Below, in pieces: positions 7,644-11,845 of a stretch of DNA of 11,845 bases; position 1 is the first letter of the stretch; each line of letters starts with the position of its first letter. The notes below the pieces were generated by a model. It ran no database searches. It saw only the letters and a list, made by a program, of their open reading frames with translations, and was not told where the DNA came from. This DNA is from a virus (Duplodnaviria > Heunggongvirae > Uroviricota > Caudoviricetes). Location of the stretch: the IMG/VR virus record IMGVR_UViG_2541047885_000017, positions 1-11,845 of that record; one strand, written 5' to 3'. The position numbers and the translations under genes are program-made.

Positions 7644-7925
7644 TCAATTATCCCTTTTTTTCGGGTAGTTCCTGAACATCTCACCGCCAGGTTTCTGTAA
7701 GCCCATCCCGGTATGTGTGCGGTTTATGGCCTCTTTCAGTATTCCGAAATTATCCGGTATGACTGGTTGGCGCGCTGCCTTACGGATACATTCCGCGCGA
7801 CGCTTTGCCACCTGTTCGCGCTCCTTGTCAGTGCTCACCAGCCACATAACATCAGCCCAACGTGCCGCTGCTCTCCGGTACAGCCCTTTAGCCTCCAGTT
7901 CTTCCGCTTTGCTGTCTTTAATCAT
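7644..7925 (-). CDS. Small regulatory protein, possibly PerC-family transcriptional activator-like
   Basis: Preferred start is the ATG at 7925 (MIKDSKAEELEAKGLYRRAAARWADVMWLVSTDKEREQVAKRRAECIRKAARQP), preceded by GAGG with a 6-nt spacer. The KAEELEAKGLYRRAAARW...RR..CI pattern resembles PerC/Pch-type activators as I recall them; this is not verified by search. Confidence 0.45.
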   Translation of the reverse strand: MIKDSKAEELEAKGLYRRAAARWADVMWLVSTDKEREQVAKRRAECIRKAARQPVIPDNFGILKEAINRTHTGMGLQKPGGEMFRNYPKKRDN

Positions 7926-7940
7926 GCTGTACCTCACTGC

Positions 7941-8366
7941 TTAAAACGGTATCCCGTCCCCGTACGGGTCATCGTGCTGGCTTGTCTGTTGTTTTGCCCT
8001 GTTCAGTGCGTCAGTGTCCTGGCCCTGTTGACCTTTTTTGCCGCCCGGTCGCGCCGTTCGCGCACTGATTACGCTGTCTGCAATAACCTGCCAGCCCTGC
8101 CGCGTTTCCCCGTTCTGGCCTGTCCACTGGCTCACCTGCATTGTGCCGGATACGCTGGCAACATCGCCTTTGTGGTGTTTAGCCAGGAAGTCAGCCTGTT
8201 TGCCAAATGCGATGACCGACAACCACAACGTCGCCTGTCCGTCCTGTGCCTGACTGCATGGCAGTGATACCGCCATACGCGCCAGCGTCATCGGTGTGCC
8301 CTTGCTGGTCTGTTTTACCTGCGGGTCGTCCACCAGCCGCCCGTAAGCGGCTATCTGTGCTGTCAT
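7941..8366 (-). CDS. ssb: Single-stranded DNA-binding protein
   Basis: 141-aa ORF. The OB-fold region aligns by eye with E. coli SSB (GRLVDDPQV vs GNLGQDPEV; WLSVIAFGKQADFLAKHHKGDVASVSGTMQVSQWTGQNGE vs [41 protein letters not shown]). Gly/Gln-rich linker and acidic tail ending DGIPF (cf. DDDIPF). Strong RBS GGAGAGG. Confidence 0.85.
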   Translation of the reverse strand: MTAQIAAYGRLVDDPQVKQTSKGTPMTLARMAVSLPCSQAQDGQATLWLSVIAFGKQADFLAKHHKGDVASVSGTMQVSQWTGQNGETRQGWQVIADSVISARTARPGGKKGQQGQDTDALNRAKQQTSQHDDPYGDGIPF

Positions 8367-8620
8367 GATTCCACCTCTCCGGTTTTAACGTTGATGGTTG
8401 TTACCTGTTCTGCTTCTGCGATCTCCCGTTCTGTCAGCGTGGCAAAGTTTGCCGCTGCTGTGGTCATGAATGCGCTTATCAGGTCGGGATGTGCTTTCGC
8501 GTATCCTTCCCCCGTGTTGCGGTCGATGATTTTTATCGCCACTCTCAGCCAGTGCTCTGTAAGGTCAATGGCGCGGTTATGCTGCTTCTTCTGATTATTA
8601 AGTTTTCCTGATGTGCGCAT
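8363..8620 (-). CDS. Hypothetical protein (85 aa)
   Basis: ORF between the iteron block and ssb. Its stop overlaps the ssb start (ATGA). No recognisable motif. Confidence 0.45.
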   Translation of the reverse strand: MRTSGKLNNQKKQHNRAIDLTEHWLRVAIKIIDRNTGEGYAKAHPDLISAFMTTAAANFATLTEREIAEAEQVTTINVKTGEVES

Positions 8621-8663
8621 TTTTATTTTTACCCCCTCGTTTAAAAAGTTTTGAGTTGTGCCT

Positions 8664-8900
8664 CCCCCCCTCTACCCATCTACCCGAATGCTCATCATGT
8701 CAGTAATGGCGCGGCTTTCAGCGGGTAGATAGCTTTTTTGGCTCCTCTACCTGCCGTCTACCCTGCTACCTGAAACTGATAAAATCAGGTAGAAGAGGTA
8801 GAGAGCTTTTATTAGCCTTCTACCTGGCCCTCTACCTACTTATCATGTTGAATAATATGCGTTTATTTCATTCAGGTAGATGGGGTAGAGGGCTTTTACA
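8664..8900. repeat. Iteron array; putative origin of replication
   Basis: Read directly: about 12 copies of the hexamer TCTACC or its complement GGTAGA in about 220 bp, mostly in closely spaced pairs (8671/8679, 8723 rc, 8746/8757/8766, 8788/8797 rc, 8819/8831, 8875/8884 rc), interspersed with AT-rich stretches (8771-8786, 8837-8873). A 28-bp unit CAGGTAGAnGnGGTAGAGnGCTTTTA recurs at 8786 and 8873. Located immediately 3' of the primase-helicase gene. Confidence 0.7.
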
Positions 8901-8905
8901 AAAAA

Positions 8906-10660
8906 TTATAAAAACGCGTCGCAATCGTCTGTTGTAATTGCGTTGGTCTGCGTTACTCCCTTAACTTTTCGCGTAATATATTCATGTCCGTAAACTTTCG
9001 CCGCTGGCTTCATGGCCTTGCTGAACTCAGCCACGTTTAGCGGTTTGCTCCTGCCTGCGTATGCCATAAACGCCAGATAGACGCGGTAAAGGCTGTTTCT
9101 GGTCGTGTACCTGGAAGAGTCACCGCCGCCGCCCATCATCAGGCCGCGTGCTTCTTCCAGAAAGTTAAGGAACTGGCAAAACTCAATAACCGGATCCGTC
9201 TGTTGCTTTATTGCCAGTGCTTCATCACCGTCACGCTGTTCCAGTAGTAAAGCCCGTGCCTTCTCAGGGTCGGTAAAGTTCGCCAGCAATCGGCGGATAA
9301 TGACAGGGATTTCAGCCGCGATCTTTTCCGGTAGCTCCCTGTCTTTTTCGGCCTCACTGACGATATTGTCGAAACGGAAAATCACGCGACGACGTGCCAC
9401 ACCTCCGGCCCGTTCGGTGAATATCATCGGGTTATTATTGGTTGCCAGCACAACCGCCCTGATTACCGCTGTGAAACGCTTTTCATATTTCGGGTTGATT
9501 TCCACGGGGTCGCCGCCCGTGATTTTCTTGATGCCCGTGCCTTCGCCTGTATATTTCGGCTGGTCTGCCAGGACGATAAGACGACTCCCGACAACCTGCG
9601 CACGTCCACCAGCATCATCAAGCGATGTCATTTCAGCGCTTACCGTGTTTTGTTTCCCTGCCAGAAGGCTGGCTATGTGTGTGAATGTACTTTTACCGCT
9701 CCCGCCGTCTCCGGTGGCCTCAATAAACATCTGCCAGTCGTACCGGTTCGCCATAATCATGTACAGCGCGGCACATATACGCATCATCTTGCGCGGGTCT
9801 TTTCCGGCTGCGTGCTCAAGCCATTTATGAAAGTTTGGCGCGTTGTCGCGGATGTTCTCCCCTGGTGCTGCTGGCGTGTACTCAATGCCGTTGTGCGTGG
9901 TGATCCAGTTCTCCGGCGTGTGCGGGGAAAATTCCCCCGTTTTCAGGTCAAGCGCACCATTGGCGAACGGCAGCAAATCGCCGGACGGCTCGCCCATTGG
10001 TTCGGCAATAACTTTTAACGCTTCCACGGCGTTATTGATTACGCGCTTGCTGAAAGTGGCCCTGTGCTCTGAATAGATCGCCACCATTTCGCGGCTAAGT
10101 TCCATTGTGCTGACCGGACACCATACCCCGCCGCGCCATACGTGAACGATTTCACTTTCAGGATGTACGCAAACGCCATCAAAGCGATCGGCAAGCAGCT
10201 GCGCGCGCTCACTGTCCGCCATCTGCGAAAGTTGCGCCTTTTGCTTTACCGGAAGCTCAATAACCAGACCATCAGAAAGATTCTGGCGTTCACGGGCCAG
10301 ATATTCGCGCCAGTTCTGCACCTCCTGGCCGTGCATACCCTCAGGATAAAAATTTGCATCCTGTACGCCTGCCGCCGCCAGCTTCTGACCAATCGCCTTT
10401 ATCATTACAGGCGCAAGATATCCGGCCCTGTATATGCGTGCTGATTTTCGGCCTTCCGGCACAATTTGCAGATTATCCAGTTCGGATAGCTGCTGCTCCC
10501 CAAGCCACACAGGAGGCTCATTATCTCCGGCCATACGCGCATCATGTTCCTGCCATTGTTTCGCGTGTGACCAGGCATCACTACCCGCAAAAATAATGAC
10601 TTCTGTTTCTTTGTGTTTTATGCCGCGTGACTGCTGTTTTACGTTCGGTGCCAGTTTCAT
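8906..10660 (-). CDS. Replication initiator: P4/D5-family DNA primase-helicase (SF3-type P-loop NTPase)
   Basis: 584-aa ORF. Walker A ATGDGGSGKST; hydrophobic strand RLIVLADQ, Walker B-like; D5_N-like segment LPFANGALDLKTGEF. Start has AGGGG with a 5-nt spacer and overlaps the upstream ORF stop (ATGA). Confidence 0.85.
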   Translation of the reverse strand: MKLAPNVKQQSRGIKHKETEVIIFAGSDAWSHAKQWQEHDARMAGDNEPPVWLGEQQLSELDNLQIVPEGRKSARIYRAGYLAPVMIKAIGQKLAAAGVQDANFYPEGMHGQEVQNWREYLARERQNLSDGLVIELPVKQKAQLSQMADSERAQLLADRFDGVCVHPESEIVHVWRGGVWCPVSTMELSREMVAIYSEHRATFSKRVINNAVEALKVIAEPMGEPSGDLLPFANGALDLKTGEFSPHTPENWITTHNGIEYTPAAPGENIRDNAPNFHKWLEHAAGKDPRKMMRICAALYMIMANRYDWQMFIEATGDGGSGKSTFTHIASLLAGKQNTVSAEMTSLDDAGGRAQVVGSRLIVLADQPKYTGEGTGIKKITGGDPVEINPKYEKRFTAVIRAVVLATNNNPMIFTERAGGVARRRVIFRFDNIVSEAEKDRELPEKIAAEIPVIIRRLLANFTDPEKARALLLEQRDGDEALAIKQQTDPVIEFCQFLNFLEEARGLMMGGGGDSSRYTTRNSLYRVYLAFMAYAGRSKPLNVAEFSKAMKPAAKVYGHEYITRKVKGVTQTNAITTDDCDAFL

Positions 10661-10956
10661 TTTTTACCCCTGAATCCGTTAATCATGGTTTTCAGCTTCT
10701 GGATGTTTGCCCGTGCCCTGGCGTTGCTGGTGGGCACGTTATGCGGCGCGGTCTGTACCAGAGAAAAATCACGCCGGAACTGATAAACAGGCATCACGCA
10801 ATCATATTCGTAGCCTTCACGACGGTAGGTTACGCGCCGTTCCTCCACGCCCTTAATCATTACCGTGCCGCCGTACTGGTCGCGGTAAATATCACCGCGC
10901 ATGAATTTAGTGCGAGTTTTGCCACTGGCAGTTAAGCCAGAATATTTAAGTTTCAT
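10657..10956 (-). CDS. Hypothetical protein (99 aa, basic)
   Basis: ORF translationally coupled to the primase-helicase (ATGA overlap). No recognisable motif. Confidence 0.45.
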   Translation of the reverse strand: MKLKYSGLTASGKTRTKFMRGDIYRDQYGGTVMIKGVEERRVTYRREGYEYDCVMPVYQFRRDFSLVQTAPHNVPTSNARARANIQKLKTMINGFRGKK

Positions 10957-10961
10957 TATTT

Positions 10962-11195
10962 TTATTCTCCGGTGTGGGGCGCTTTATACTGGTCGTGTAA
11001 TGTCTCTATTTCCTGCAACTCATTTATTACAGGCTCAAGAAGCGTTATTAATGCCGTGGCAATTCTTGATTTTTGTTTGTCGCGTTCATTGTCGCCAAGT
11101 GTTTCAAGCCATATGCGCAATATTTCCAGCATGTTTTCACTGTGAGAAAGTGCAAGAAATGCGCGGTCTATTGTTTCGTGGTAAATATCACGCAT
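10962..11195 (-). CDS. Hypothetical protein (77 aa)
   Basis: ORF in the same orientation and tight spacing as its neighbours. No recognisable motif. Confidence 0.4.
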   Translation of the reverse strand: MRDIYHETIDRAFLALSHSENMLEILRIWLETLGDNERDKQKSRIATALITLLEPVINELQEIETLHDQYKAPHTGE

Positions 11196-11196
11196 A

Positions 11197-11649
11197 TTAA
11201 TCCCCGTCCGTCGTTTTTCTTAAAATAACCTCTGTCACGAAATCAGCATAATCGGCGGCGATATTCAGTACATCAAGCCCCGTTGATTTATATTCTCTCG
11301 TGGAAAGTAAGAAAAAAGCCGCTCTAATAAGTTCTGGCATTGACGAAAGCGCATCAGCCGCATCATCAGGAACGCCGGGAAATTCCTGTTTCAGGGCATT
11401 AAAACGATCATCACGCATAACCCCCCCATTTTCACAATCAGCAATCAGGATGGCTTTAGCCTCATTCAGTGCCATATCAGCACTAAGTTGCATAACAGCC
11501 AGTGAGTGAGGAACGAAAGCCCCGGCATATTCTGTTTCACTGGTGGCGTGCTTATGCGCCCTGTCCGCGATAACAGAAATATCAATCAGCGCATCAATCA
11601 GTGTTTTGATTGCTTCGGCGGCTGCGTCCGGACGGGTGTTATTGCACAT
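11197..11649 (-). CDS. Hypothetical protein (150 aa, acidic)
   Basis: ORF with a good RBS (AGGGGG, 5-nt spacer). Asp/Glu/Ala-rich. No recognisable motif. Confidence 0.5.
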   Translation of the reverse strand: MCNNTRPDAAAEAIKTLIDALIDISVIADRAHKHATSETEYAGAFVPHSLAVMQLSADMALNEAKAILIADCENGGVMRDDRFNALKQEFPGVPDDAADALSSMPELIRAAFFLLSTREYKSTGLDVLNIAADYADFVTEVILRKTTDGD

Positions 11650-11845
11650 GGCGCACCCCCTGACGAATACGGGCAGTAAATACCATCACGCAGCCAGCCG
11701 GGGATTGCTGGCGTGCTTCCTGTTCGCTGGTGGCCTCAATGTGAATCACGCGCGGTTGTGCGGTGCTCAGGGCAATAAAACGCCAGATGTATTTATTCAG
11801 GTTGTGTGAGTCCCGCCCTTGCGGGTGTGTGGTATGATTTCTCAT
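11639..11845 (-). CDS. Hypothetical protein, possibly truncated by the window edge
   Basis: ORF whose ATG coincides with the last three bases of the window, so the true start may lie outside. Overlaps the downstream ORF by 11 nt. No recognisable motif. Confidence 0.3.
   Translation of the reverse strand: MRNHTTHPQGRDSHNLNKYIWRFIALSTAQPRVIHIEATSEQEARQQSPAGCVMVFTARIRQGVRHVQ

Larger units (their letters stand above)
440..11845 (-). mobile_element. Partial phage satellite of the capsid-forming PICI type (replication module plus tail-less HK97-like capsid/packaging module)
   Basis: Single-strand gene array: primase-helicase, iteron origin, ssb, regulator, terminator, then capsid, protease, portal, two connector proteins, HNH, terS and terL, with no tail or lysis genes and a repeat-rich non-coding end after terL. 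Integrase and att sites were not seen in the window, so boundaries are not defined. Confidence 0.6.

Noticed and set aside
8664-8900. CRISPR array
   Set aside because: The repeats are only 6-7 bp, occur in both orientations with irregular spacing, and there are no spacers of uniform length. This is an iteron-type origin pattern, not a CRISPR array.
9105-9830. 241-aa plus-strand ORF, and the other long plus-strand ORFs (680-1135, 3349-3879, 7713-8267, 2840-3253)
   Set aside because: Each lies wholly antisense to a minus-strand gene with strong family-level motifs. Their translations are low-complexity Ser/Arg/Cys-rich and lack ribosome-binding sites, so they are shadow ORFs.

Overview
This 11.8 kb window (about 50% GC, Enterobacteriaceae-like) is almost entirely one co-directional gene array on the minus strand. 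Reading 5' to 3' on that strand (high to low coordinates): four small unknown ORFs, a P4/D5-type primase-helicase, an iteron-rich non-coding block (putative origin), a small ORF, SSB, a possible PerC-like regulator, an 82-aa ORF, an intrinsic terminator, then a tightly overlapping packaging operon: HK97-type major capsid, prohead protease, portal, two head-tail connector proteins, HNH endonuclease, P27-family small terminase and large terminase. No tail, baseplate, tail-fibre or lysis genes are present, and the large terminase gene is followed by a repeat-rich non-coding end (1-708). The most plausible reading is a phage satellite of the capsid-forming PICI type (makes its own capsid and packaging machinery, borrows helper tails), with integrase and attachment sites lying outside or at the window edges. 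All protein calls rest on motifs recognised by eye in the supplied translations; no database search was run. The plus-strand ORFs in the track are treated as antisense shadows.
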